Of a DNA stretch of 64,000 nt, positions 1-12,415 are shown piece after piece. The number at the start of each line of letters is the position of its first letter. Position 1 is the stretch's first letter. The notes below the pieces were generated by a model. It made no database searches. It was not told the DNA's origin and was given only the letters and a program-made list of their open reading frames with translations. The position numbers and the translations under genes were made by a program. This DNA comes from Octopus bimaculoides. Lineage: Eukaryota. Where the stretch lies: contig NC_069003.1 of the NCBI RefSeq assembly GCF_001194135.2, forward strand, positions 19,197,554 to 19,261,553. The letters run 5' to 3'.

Positions 1-310
1 GGGGCACTGCCTTGAAGAGTTTAGTTGAACAAATTAACCCCAGGACTTATTTTTTAAGTCTGGTACTTATTAAACAAACCAACACCAGTTGTCAAAATAG
101 TTGTCAAAATACAAACAGTTGTCAAACAGTGGTGGTGATAAACAGGAACAAACACAGATACAGACACAACTTCTGTCTACCAAATTCAATCACAAGGCAT
201 TGGTTGGCCTGGGGCTATAGTAGAAGACATTCACCTAGGTGTTGTATGTGGACTGAACCCCAAACCACATTGTTGCAAAACAAACTTCTTAACTACATAG
301 CCATGCCTCG
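1..310 (-). mobile_element. tRNA-derived SINE, family B (head GGCGYAGGYGTGGCTGTGTGG...; core CCTTGGGCAAGTGTCTTCTACTATAG)
   Basis: Same sequence recurs many times in the window; tRNA-like head with a B-box-like GGTTCAGTCC. Confidence 0.75.
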
Positions 311-763
311 TAGTCTCTTTTTTTTTTTAAAAACTTTTACCGCAATATTCACAATTTATGTTGACTGTAAGTTACTATAAATATTTAATTCAAATAAATA
401 TTTGAATTTCCATTTTAATACAAATGTAAATATCTTCTTAATGTTTAATTTTTAATTTCTAAAATCTAAATTAGCTTTCCCTTCTATTTCAATTTGATTA
501 AATACTCGTATCTTCTTGTGTTGAATTTATCTCTTTCTAAATTTAAATGTGTTTTCTTATTTCTTTTCTTCTCTGCTATGTGTTTAAATTGTTTCAAGAA
601 CAAATTTAAGTTTGATTCATTTAAGAAATACTGCTACTATACTAATTGCTATTAAATCAATAATTAACCATCAGTTTCAATAGAATTGTCTAGAAAAAAA
701 AAATTCAATTATTTATAAGGCTTAATTTTTTTCTCTTTCCCAAATTTTTGATATGAAAAATTT

Positions 764-1040
764 TGATAGCATGTTGTCAACTCAATGTGACAGTTCCATA
801 AAAGGGGAAAATGCTACCGTTATTTAGCCCTAGGAAACACCGTTTCCTGTTGCACTTGACACATTTCCCATGTCCTTATATTTTCAAAGTGGAGACAAGC
901 ACCTCCACTCAGCACTTTGAAAACATAAGGACACAGGAAATGTGTCTAGTCCAACAGGAAACGGTGTTTCCTAGGGCTAAATAACAGTAGCATTCTTCCC
1001 TTTTATGGGACTGTCACATTAAGTTGACAACATGCTATCA
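764..1040. mobile_element. Fold-back / MITE-like element
   Basis: 128-nt inverted arms (764-891 and 913-1040), about 10 mismatches, 21-nt loop. Confidence 0.7.
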
Positions 1041-2446
1041 CTTTATTGCACTACTACTACATAAATCTCTCTGAGAGATTTAGAAATATCTTATTTCTAT
1101 GAAAAAATTTTTATAAGCAAATAGGATATAAAAAAAAAATAGTGATCAAAAAATTAAATTAACTAAAAAATAACCTATTTGTTTTCAGAAGATTTGTTAA
1201 ATTTTAAAAGATTTAAAAATAAATTTAATAAATTCTTATTGAATCATATTGGATTTTTACTAATCCTCTGCATTATTATTTATATATTTTTAAAACTTAC
1301 AATATTGCAATCATACATTATCTATCTATCTGTCTATCTATATATATAATTTTGAAGAATACTTTTGAATTATGAGTAGTATTAGGAAACATTAAGGAAT
1401 ATAGTATACATACAACAATTATAATTTATCTTTTACAAAATTTCTTTGGGCTTATACAAAATGATGAAATGAATACTAATTATCAAACAAAAAATATTTA
1501 TTATTTTAAAACAAAATTAAAACAAATTTCAATTTCTCATGTGTGTAACCCCTCCCATATCTACCATCATTTATTCTTTCCTCCTGACACCAAGCCTAGT
1601 ATGTGCACTCATCCTGCATCTTTTACGTCAACTCTTTCTATATTTCTCTTTTATTTCCTCTCTCCCCATTCTTTCTCTATATGATGTAAAGCATGACTGG
1701 AGAATCAGTCAACCAACCAACCAACTAACATTTATATCCAGTATTATCAAAAAGATATTATCTGTAACCTGTCACTCATGTTTTACCTGAAAAGACATTG
1801 ATATAATCAATATCTTTAAAGGATGGAATCCAAAACATATGTTTAAATAAATTATCAATATGAACATTTATATGACACAATATCTGTTCAACAATATGAT
1901 TTACAAATAAAAATTCCTTGAAAAAAAAAATCAAATTCATTACAAAATTAAAAAATAAAATTAAATCCATACATTATCAAAGTGATGATTTGAAGAAAAT
2001 GAAATTGAAACAATAACTGGAAGCATTTTGTCTGCTTCTCTAAAAAATTGGCCAATCCATTGCTATTATAAATTCCATAATATGAATAGGCATTGTATAA
2101 TATGAATAGGCATTGTATGATGTGTATAGGGATGACACATAAATGTAAAAAGGTAATAATAGAAAAAAGGGAAGACCTCCAATTTTGGAAGAATACTTAA
2201 AAAATGAAAAATAATTAATAAAACTTGAGATTTTGCAACCACATTACCACAAGTAAAATAAATGTACATAATCTTTACATAATCTTTGAAGTGGTTTCAA
2301 GACAATAGATAAATATTTAAATATTTACTACTGGATTTAAGTGTCTCATATGACTGGAGAGATTTAAATATAGAAATTAGAGATTAATATACAGAGCAGA
2401 GAAAATGTAAAAGAAAAAAAAGGTAGCTGTCAAGAATTTTACTGAC

Positions 2447-2591
2447 CTCTGCTGTGTTTGCCTTTCGACTTGCCACCACTTGTGTGAGACTCAGATTTGC
2501 GCATTCCCCCAGTACCTGAATTGCGCGTTGAAGATGTCCGAGAACCTGCTTTTAAGCGTCCGATTGTTAAAACAACTTTCCCCATAAGTGT
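2447..2591 (-). CDS. MPDZ: MPDZ exon, PDZ11 end plus linker: TLMGKVVLTIGRLKAGSRTSSTRNSGTGGMRKSESHTSGGKSKGKHSR(G)
   Basis: Acceptor atttttccag, donor GAG|gtcagt; 145 nt, phase 0 to 1. Resembles LGTVTLEVGRIKAG. The next exon is presumably left of the window. Confidence 0.92.
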
Positions 2592-3750
2592 CTGGAAAAA
2601 TAAGGAAGAGAAATAGATATCAGAAAATGAAAGTAAAAGACTATTTTAAAAGTCTATTACACAAACACCCTACTTTCTGGCATACAAGTCGAATTTTTCA
2701 AACCAAAATTCAGAGACAAAAAGGGTAGGTCAAATTATACACCTAGACAACTTTGGAGGATCAAAAATTCCATGTGAAATGCAGCAGGTTTTGGGAAGAT
2801 GATGATGATGATGTTTGAATATTTACACTATATACTGTGTTGATTTGTATGCCAGAAAATAAAGTATACTGCCAAGAATGATCATTTCTGACAATGATAC
2901 ATCTCCATATCTACATTTAAGCATCCACCCCATCTTTTGTTATAGCTGACTGTGGGTTGCTGTACCTGGAAAGTAACTCTCCTATGCACAGGCCTGAGCA
3001 AGGTTTGTTTTATGGATGACCAGTAGTTGTCCATGCATGTAAGTCTCTCCTCATTATGCTACTGATGATGCCAATGGAAAGGGCTGCCTTAGAGCCACTT
3101 CAGTCTGGCACCATTGTTTCACAGTTCTGTTCTGGCACCAGTGTTTCATTGTTATTAGAACATAAAATACCAAGAGATACAAGACACCTCATCAGGCACT
3201 CTAACTGTTCTGCCATTCCTTTGCCACGAGGTCAAATTCTACCAAGGTTAACTTTGTCTCTCATCTTTTCAAAGTTGATAAAATAAAATGAAAAAAATTA
3301 ACACAAGGAAGGAACAATATTTTTTAACCAGCTTCTGCTATCTGATTGGTATTTATTCATTGATTCTATTACGAAGTTGCAAGGCTAATTCTTGAGTTAT
3401 ACTGATCAGAATATAGACTCATAATGTAAAAGGACAGAACTAAATATGAAACCTGAAACTAGATCACTAACTGGTTTTAAAAATAAACAAAATGAAGTCT
3501 ACTCAATTATATAAAGAAAGGAAATGAAAGGATCTGAAATAGATCCTCTGATGATTTCAAGGATGAGCATTCTAATTCTTTGGTCAAACCAACAACTTTC
3601 TCCCTATTCAATTATGAAGCACATGACTAAGTATTCTACAGGCACTGATAGTCTTAATATAATCCATAGACAGATCCAGTATGACACAGTATATGACAAG
3701 GTTGGACTCTTTGAATAACAGGTACAGCCTAATGGATTTAGCCTCCACAC

Positions 3751-4577
3751 AATTTTTGTCTCCCCATCACCAACAAACACATGACTTCCCTCTGTGTTGT
3801 GTTAGATATGTGTTTCATTTGAAATTGCAACCCCACCTGCTATCCACCATAAAGCCAACTCTTTTTGTTGGGGACAACATTGATTCCAGTTCGTAGTATT
3901 TTGTAACAGCTTATCCATTTCTCAAAACACTATGATCTTCTTTTTTAAAATATTGGATTTTGAAGTGCACATAAAATTATAAATCAGAACATGTAAATAT
4001 TGGAGTTTCTATTCAAAAGGATTTTTCAACCTGATATTTACATGTTATTTGTAGCTTTATGTGAGCTTTGAGATCTACTATTCCAAAAAAAAAAGAATTA
4101 TTTCACATTCTCTTGAAAGATTATAAAATTTTTATGACTTCAACTCTATAATATTCTTTTTTATAATTTAGCTGGCCCTCCAAGACTGGTGGGGGTAGGG
4201 GTAAGGGAGGAAGAAACTAAAATCCATGGATTTTAGTTAAGATATTCTAAGATATCATAGTTATTCTCCAACTAAGATATCACAGTTATTCTCCAACTAA
4301 GATATCACAGTTATCCTCTAACTGGAATATTTCTATTAAGTGGATATTGTCAATTAAAGGTACCCAAGGGACTGGTGGTGGTGGTCTTAAATTGGGTAGC
4401 TGTTGTATGTATTTGACCTACTCACCCAGATCACCCCTCAGCTGATATGTTTGGCATAGACATTGGGAAGTTGGCTTTATGGTGGGTAGCAGGTGGGGTT
4501 GTAATTTCAAATGAAGCAAGTACCTAAACAACACAGAGGGGAGTCATGTGTTTGTTGGTGGTGGGGAGACAAAAATT
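3751..4577. repeat. Inverted repeat pair (about 110-nt arms), possible MITE termini
   Basis: 3751-3860 is the reverse complement of 4469-4577 at about 90% identity. Confidence 0.7.
4248..4322. repeat. Minisatellite 3 x 25 bp
   Basis: TAAGATATCAYAGTTATYCTCYAAC starting at 4248, 4273 and 4298. Confidence 0.9.
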
Positions 4578-5542
4578 AACCCATGATAGAGTCAGAGGAG
4601 CATTCTCAAGACACACAGCATGTGTGAGGATTTTTAAGCCTAGAAGTGACTATCTGAAGATCTGAAAACAGCTGGCCTCTTCTTCTTCAACAGAGAAAGA
4701 GAGGGAGGAGGGGAGAAAAAGAGAGAGAAGAGAGAAAGAGCAAGACAGAGAAGAATGGACATTGCTCTGGACTGTAGTTTTATTTATTGACCCTGAAAGG
4801 GTAAATACTAAAGTTGACATTGGTAGGATTTGAACCTAGAGCCAGAACAAAAGCCACAAAGCATTGTATTTGATGCTCTAACAACTCTGCCAACTCACCA
4901 CCTCGAGTCACTGATCCACGGATTTACCAGTTACATTAATCTGACATGTTAAAGATCATGAGCACTGCCCACCCTCTTCTCTGACTAAATTCTAAAGCAA
5001 AAACCAAAAAACTAAAAATAAATAAAACCTCAATAGGCTTATGATACATTCATTAAATGAAGTAAAAACGAGAGAGAATGGAAGCTAGGCTGTAGTCGTC
5101 TTGGATGGATAATGAAAACATCATCCTTAATTGTATGATACTTGCCTTATTAACTCATAACATTGTCAATAAAATTACCCAGAATTCCCACATTAACTGA
5201 AATAATCGAAGGCAAAACAACAAAAATACTGTACTTAATAGAATTAACAATTAAATTGATTTTTTTTGTCTGTATGAAACTATAGAATTAGCTGTATAAT
5301 AAACAGAATTGTTCTATAATAGCCTAATGGAAATAGCTTTAAACACAATATTGTTGCATTAACAAATATGATTATCGTTAAAGGATATTTCTATGAGAAT
5401 TATTGATAAATTTCATTCAATAAATGACAATGACTGCTACTATTCCTCTTTTGAGGAGTTAACCTTAAGTTAATTCATCATAACAATGAGGAAGGCAAAA
5501 GTAGAAAAAAAAAAAGCAGCAAATAACAAAATAATTCCATAC

Positions 5543-5659
5543 TTTCAGTACTGCAGCTGCGTGGTCTTGCGTTGCTTGGCGCATATCTTCTCCATTTACA
5601 CTTAAAATTTGATCACCTTGCATCAAACGGCCATCTGCTTCAGCCACACCACCACGGAC
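5543..5659 (-). CDS. MPDZ: MPDZ exon, PDZ11-equivalent: [39 protein letters not shown]
   Basis: Acceptor tattcttag, donor AAA|gtatgg; 117 nt, phase 0 to 0; [16 protein letters not shown] motif. Confidence 0.97.
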
Positions 5660-5778
5660 CTAAGAATAAAACATTATTCAATAATGAAGATTTCTTAAAT
5701 TGGCCCAGGGCCAGATATTAAAGGAGGGTAGGGGGTGTTACAAATGACAGCACTGACCCCAATATTTTATCGTCTATC

Positions 5779-6163
5779 TTTTACTTGTTTTAGTCATTGG
5801 ACGACAGCCATGCAGGAGCACAGCTTTGAAAGGTTTAGTTTTACAAAATTCACTCCAGTACCTATTTTTCTAAGTTTGGTAATTATTCTATCGATGTATT
5901 TTGCTGAATTGCTAAGTTATAGGGACATAAAAAAGCCAACACAGGTTATCAAGCAGTGGTCAGAGCAAAATTACAAAGACACAGATACATATATACACAT
6001 GATGGGCTTTCACACAGTTTCCATCTATCAAATTCACTCACAAGGCATTGATCAGCCTCGGCCCATTGTAGAAGAGACTTGCCCAAGTAGCTGTGCAGTG
6101 GGACTGAACTTGAAATCACAGGGTTGCAAATCAAGCTTCTTAATCACACAGCCATACCTGTGC
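5779..6163 (-). mobile_element. SINE family B copy
   Basis: Homologous to the copies at 1-310, 9255-9678 and 51520-51875. Confidence 0.75.
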
Positions 6164-6543
6164 CTATCTTATAGATTTGTAATTTTGCTTTCTTTTCATT
6201 GACTTCAGAAGAAGGAACAGTAATGTTGACTCTGGCAGAATTTCAGTGAAAAGTATAAAGAGAGGAGTGCACAGCAAAACAGTGCAGGGTATATTGTTCA
6301 CATGTTCAACCAATTCTGATAACCCACTGCCTGATGTCACAATATGTGGAGCCATGATTAAGATGTTTGTGCCATTTGCTTAGGTTCCTTTACATTCTAA
6401 ATTCAAATCCTACCAAGGTCAGCTTTACTTTTAATCTTTCTGGGGTCAAATACTGAAATCTATCTGGATGACAGTTTCTTCCCCAACAAATTTATGGTAT
6501 TGTGGTTAAGTTAAAACTTATAATCCTTCACATTATTATTGAT

Positions 6544-6877
6544 TGTGTAGTAACGCCGTGCGCATGCGTAGTCTTACGCATGCGTAGAATTAAACAACCA
6601 AGCGTTCCCGCTCAATTCATTCTCTTTCTTGCTGGCCAGCGATTGAGCATGGACGTATTTAAGCTGTCTCTCTACATCTTTCGGACTTACACTCGACAGC
6701 TCACTCACAACTACAGAACAACGTCCCAACAACTATGCTCATACACACAGAAGCTGTAACAACAAGAACTAATGATGTACATATTTACCACCTGAATAAA
6801 GTGTTGTTTAAGTTGATAGTCTGGAGTTCAGCGTTCCGTTATATTCCTTAATTTTATTTAGGAAAGTCAGGTATACA
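6544..6877. mobile_element. CpG-rich insert, possible solo LTR
   Basis: TGT...ACA ends, TATTTAAG near 6657, AATAAA near 6795, and CpG retention unlike the flanks. No TSD found. Confidence 0.4.
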
Positions 6878-6929
6878 TCTAATGATGTATAACCAACTTT
6901 CCTATAATTGTAATTATTTCTAATTTTGT

Positions 6930-8135
6930 CACTAGGTCAGCTATTTTGAGTGTCGAGGACAAATCAATTACATCAACCATATCAACCCCAGTGCTCAACT
7001 GGTACTTATTTTATCAACCTTTAAAGGATGAAACGCAAAGTTGACTTCAGTGGGAGTTGAACTCAGAACATAGACATTCAGAACAAATATCACCAAGCAT
7101 TTTGTCTGGTGCACCAATGATTTTTCCAGCTTACCACTTTAATAATAATAATAATAATTATTATTATTTCTAACATGGGATACAAGACCAAAAATTTTGG
7201 AGGAGGAGAAAAGCTGATTATATCAACTCCAGTAATGACTTTTATTTTGTTAACCTTAGAAGGATGTAACTGATTTGCCCTCACTCCTTGAGCTGGCCTT
7301 GAGCCAAAATTTAAAACCATTATTATTATTATTATTATTGAGTGAAAGAGCAGTGCATGCCATCAAAGTGTCACTGCGGTATAATATGCAAAACCCAGTA
7401 TACCCACCATGACTACCCGTCTGATAAGGGTACACCAAGCTCATGCATCATAACCATATGTGCATGACATGGTGATCTCATATCAAGATAAATAGCACAT
7501 GACCTTGCAGGTGGGGTCCAGTTAGAATTTTCTTCAGGTCAAGTAGCCTATCCCACTCAAATGGTCCTTGAATAAAGGTTGCTTAAGGATGTTGAATGAA
7601 ACACTCATGTTTCCAAAGGTGAATTATTCAAACCCCAAAGAATTCCTCTCAACTCATGGCTATGATGCTCCCCTACTACTTCTGCTTGTGATCAGAGATG
7701 CACATATCATCAGCCACTAAAGGACATGCTCAAATGGTTACAGCTAAATAACTGACAAGCAAATTTATGATGTTAAGCAGAATATTTGCTGTAGCTCCTC
7801 TTTTATACCAAGACAAAACATGTGCATGATAACACTTCCAATCAGTTGAGGTCAGAAGCCATAAGTGCCAGTACCTGGTACTGCATCAGGGCATTATTAT
7901 TATCATTATCATTATTATTAAGCTGGCAGAATTGTTACTGTGCAGGACAAAATGCTTAGTAGCATTTCTTTTGGCTTTATGTTTTGAATTCAAATTCCGC
8001 TGAGGTCAACTTTGCATTTCATCATTTAGGGATCGAAAAAATAAGTACCAGTTGAGCACTAGGGTTGATGTAATTTACTAGCTCCCACCCACCCCAAATT
8101 TCGGGTCTTGTTCCTATAGTAGAAAGGATTATTAA
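6930..8135. mobile_element. Opposed family A SINE copies (about 6930-7140 minus; about 7920-8135 plus) around an unclassified 550-bp repeat (about 7340-7895)
   Basis: Family A core motifs in both orientations; the middle element is bounded by (ATT)n tracts. Confidence 0.65.
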
Positions 8136-8198
8136 GTAAAAAGTGACTGAAATGAAGATAACTTATTGTAATCTAAAGAATGTAGAAGTATTACTTAC

Positions 8199-8423
8199 AA
8201 TGTCTGATATATATACACCCACATCATTTCTTTTGCCAACAATACTGAGGCCAAGTCCTTTACCAGGTTTTTTCATTAATTCGATACTGAAGATGTCATA
8301 AATATCTTCTTCTTTTGTCAGTTGGTTGTCTCGATAGACTAATAGCTTCACAATTGTCGGAGTTTGGCGGAGAACTTGAATTGCTCTCTCATGAGTTGCG
8401 TCTTTAAGGTCTTCGTCATTAAC
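8199..8423 (-). CDS. MPDZ: MPDZ exon, PDZ10 end plus PDZ11 start: [75 protein letters not shown]
   Basis: Acceptor cttttacag, donor ATT|gtaagt; 225 nt, phase 0 to 0; [17 protein letters not shown] is characteristic of MPDZ/PATJ. Confidence 0.97.
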
Positions 8424-9254
8424 CTGTAAAAGAGTAAAAGTAATACTGAAGTGTTCAACATCATCATTTTAACACCTACTTTTCCATGTTCTCATGGGTC
8501 AGATGGCGAAATTTGAGATGGCAGATTTTCTAAGGCTGGATGTTCTTTCTGTTGCTAACCCTAAGTTAGTTAATGTGATGTTTCCCCTAGTTCTTCAAAC
8601 ATGAACAATACAATCATCAGACATGTTTTCGTGGAAAATTTCAAATGGATGACACTTGTATAATGGTGAGGTTTACTTTTACAATTAGAACATGATGCCA
8701 AAAAGACATGAACACACATACTCACTCACAATTACACACTGAAATAGAAACATATATACAATCATCTCCATCATTTTAACAACCACTTTTCCATGCTTTG
8801 CACAGGTTAAATGGAATTTATTGAGACAGTTCTATGGTTGAATGCCTTTCCTGACACCAACACTCACTTGTTTTCAAGCAAGATAATATTTCCCCATGTC
8901 CAGACATGCTTTTGCAGAATATTGGAAATGAATGACTCTGCTTACATGACAGTGCGGCTCATTTACAATTATCATGCAATGTCAAGACAAAGAGATAGGC
9001 TTCTTACAGTTTCCATTTACTAACGTCACCCACAAGGCTTTGGCTGGCAGAGGGTAATAGTGAAAAACACTTGTTAAAGGTGCTGTTAAATCTGACACCA
9101 AGTGGTTACAAAGAGAACTTCTTAACCACACAGCCACGTCTGTATCAGCAGCCATGTTTGGAGAGCTCTGTACTGGGCTGATGATTACATATTCAATATT
9201 GCAGCAGACTCATTCAGATAGGTAGGCAAGATAAGTAAATATAAGCATATTCAT

Positions 9255-9678
9255 TTATTCTTTCAGTCATTTGACTGCGGTCATCCTGGAGCACTGCCTT
9301 GAAGGGTTTTTAGTCAAACAAATCAACCCCAGGACTTGTGTTCTTTTTTTTTTAAACCTGGTACTTATTCTATTTCCTCTTTTGCTGAACTGCTAAGTTA
9401 TGGGGATGTAGACACACCAACACCGGTTGTCAAGCGGTGATGGGGGGGGGGACAAACATGGATACACAAGACACACACATATAGATAGATATAAACACAC
9501 ACACATATATATGATGGGCTTCTTTCAGTTTCCATCTATCAAATTCACTTTGACAGGCTTTGGTCGTTCCGAGGTTATAGTAGAAGATACTTGCCAAAGG
9601 TGCCATGCAGTGAGACTGAACCTGGAACCATATGGTTGGGAAGCAAGCTTCTTACCACACAACCACACCTGCTCCTAT
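9255..9678 (-). mobile_element. SINE family B copy
   Basis: Near full-length composite with an internal (CA/TA) tract. Confidence 0.8.
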
Positions 9679-9824
9679 ACATGTAAATAATAAATATGTC
9701 CAAGGCTCAGGTCTTTGTCTTCCCAACAAAATTCACATCACATTCTATTTCTTTTATCTTTATGAAATAGTAATTGAAGTGAGAGAGAAGAGTAAAGCTC
9801 AATGAATATAAAAGTGATAATTAC

Positions 9825-9908
9825 TTCGAATATTTGATCCCCAGCCATTAACCTTCCATCTTTATGTGCTGCACCATCTACATATACTTCATGAATGATT
9901 ATTGAGCC
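9825..9908 (-). CDS. MPDZ: MPDZ exon, PDZ10-equivalent middle: [28 protein letters not shown]
   Basis: Acceptor taattccag, donor GAA|gtaatt; 84 nt, phase 0 to 0. Matches GAIIIHEVYEEGAA.KDGRLWAGDQILE. Not in the ORF track. Confidence 0.95.
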
Positions 9909-10330
9909 CTGGAATTAAATAAAATGAAATAAATAATAAATAAGCAAATAAAGTATTATTAGTTTAATGAAAAACAAAATACAATATAGAAGTAGAAAAT
10001 GAAAGAAAAGGGAAATAAAGATATCTTCTTATGATGCAGAAAGTTTTACAAAAAACCTTTATATTTTGGGTGCAAACGCTTATCTTCAGAAGGAAACCAT
10101 AAAAGTTATGTGTATTTACGTTGGTTTTGTTATTTTATTTTAAACTGCTTTTATTTCCTGGTTTTATATCAAGGAAAATTCAGATAGCTAAGCTTTTTCA
10201 ATTATTTGTTGGCCATACAGCTAGCTAAAAGTTTGATGGTTTGCATGTTGGCTAAGCCCATCTAGGTTAAAGTTGTTATTGATGTTTAACCCCAAGTTAG
10301 TACTGATATCCAAAAGCATTCTTACCATTA

Positions 10331-10378
<48 letters not shown>

Positions 10379-10458
10379 NNNNNNNNNNNNNNNNNNNNNN
10401 NNNNNNNNNNNNNNNNNNNNNNNNNNNNNNNNNNNNNNNNNNNNNNNNNNNNNNNNNN
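10379..10458. other. Assembly gap (others at 17910-18154, 21948-22212, 45205-45604, 49224-49573, 50920-50929, 59221-59624)
   Basis: N-runs, most flanked by microsatellites. Confidence 0.99.
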
Positions 10459-10463
10459 ATATA

Positions 10464-11310
10464 AGGGGCATGCCGTCTATGTAGGCAAGGTAGGTAGTGC
10501 CTACTTTGGATAAAATAGATCAATAGCAACATTTTCCTTTCATGGCAAAATATGCACCTAATTCAATAAAATGATGAAGGTTACTGTGATTACAATGTAT
10601 AAAATGCAAAATATTTTATTTTTTTATAGATAAGGTAGGCATAATTCGTCCCTGCTTTTCAATCTCAATATTTAAGCTACACAAAACTGCTGTAGTACAC
10701 ATGCTGTGTACATTCCTACAACAACGTTTTTTTTATGTGCTATAAAGGCAGAAGTAAATCTGCCTACATCTCAGTTGCATGCCTGTGTTTCGCTTATTTT
10801 TTGTGTGTTTTACTGCATAAAGGTCACCAACTGCCTACCCTGAATAATTACTGACAGCACGTGCTTGATATATATATGACTTATCATTGTCAGCTTTATC
10901 TTGTATCTGAGAATTTTGTTTCTTCTTTGCTGAATACTTCCTTTATATTAATAGCATTGGTGATTCTGTAGACCAATTCTTGCATGAAAGAGTTGATGGC
11001 ATTGACTTCGTGGTAATGTTGGTGGAAGATGAGGTTGATTTTATCAAACCTTTCTCCGGGTATTTGATTTCTTTCTTTTCTCTTCTGGTGGCTTTGAAGT
11101 TTTTTGGTTCAACAACAAAAATTATGGTCTTATGTTGTTGTCATTTCAACCTTGCTGTATAGCTGCAAAACCTGGACATCACTGTGACATGCAAAAATGA
11201 GAATGCTTTCACTAGCAAAAGCTTCATTCAATCTTGAATATCAAATGGTAACACTCTGTAACCAACAACAAAGTCCTGGAAAGCATCAAATTGGTGCAGT
11301 ATTTCTGAAA
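10464..11310 (-). mobile_element. Possible hAT transposon relic
   Basis: Decayed E*SF...MSQ...GFAAI...ND at about 11230-11140 resembles the hAT dimerisation motif ERSFS..MSQERL; GGGGCATG..TAGGCA-type end at 10464. Confidence 0.3.
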
Positions 11311-11842
11311 TGTTTTTGGTCCCATGCATCATTTGATTAAAAAGAAAAGGAAAAAATGGACCCTACTATGAATGGACTAAGTATATAGCACACGCACACA
11401 TATATATATTCAAAAGCAGTTTTAATTAAAACTTGATTTCAAGATTTATAGTCAATCTTATTTACTTATGCTCCATTCTAAAGTCTCATACCCTACTAAA
11501 ATATTGCCATGCCCCACCTCAAGAAAAAATTGCTCGTGTGTTTTCCCCATTTTGATTTTTTAAAGCTGGAAAGTATGATTTGAAGTAGATTTGACAGTTA
11601 TTTCAAGCTGGCTCAGTCACAATGTAGAGGCTGTTTACTTAGCTTGTAGTTTAAGTAGGTATTACTGTAAACAGTGGCCGCACTATAGAATGTACAAGTG
11701 TAAATGTATACTTTTAATTTGGAAAAAATCCTTCCAACAAGAACAAAAAAATTTCATAATAAATAGTAAAATGGAAAAGAAAAATACCCACAAAAACCAA
11801 ACAAAAAAAATCATTGTAAAAATCATTGTAAAAATCATGTTA

Positions 11843-12220
11843 TCTTTTACTGGTTTCAGTCTTTAGACTGCGGCCATGCTGGGTCACTGCCTTGAAGAAT
11901 TTTCAGTCAAATGAATCGATCCTAGTACTTGTTTTTTAGCCTATTGGTCTGTTTTATTGAACTGCTAAGTTACAGGGATGTAAACAAACCATCACTGGTT
12001 GTCAAGTGGTGTTGGGGGACAAACATAGACAGAAAGATACACACACCCGCACACATATATGTATATATATATGACAGGCTTCTTTCAGTTTCTACCTACC
12101 CATTCCACTCACAAGGCTTTGGTCAACCTGAAGATATAGAAGACACATGCCCAGTAGAAGACACACACAGTGAGACCTAACCTGATACCATGTGGTTGAC
12201 CACACAACCATATCTGCACC
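11843..12220 (-). mobile_element. SINE family B copy (about 30 nt from an exon donor)
   Basis: Homology to the other family B copies. Confidence 0.75.
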
Positions 12221-12251
12221 TTAAAAGGAATAAAAAATTCTTTCTACTCAC

Positions 12252-12415
12252 CAACAGAGTATCGGAACCACCAACAATACTTAGACCAAGACCACAATAG
12301 CCTTTGTCAATTTCAATATAAGTTTCTTCTCCAGGAACAACGGGACATGTTAAGGGATCAGATTGTGGCCCTGTCGTTTTAGGGGAAGAAACCCGTGGAT
12401 CAGTGCTGGAATCAC
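12252..12415 (-). CDS. MPDZ: MPDZ exon, linker plus PDZ10-equivalent start: (G)[54 protein letters not shown]
   Basis: Acceptor taattacag, donor TTG|gtgagt; 164 nt, phase 1 to 0. Matches recalled human [36 protein letters not shown]. Confidence 0.96.
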
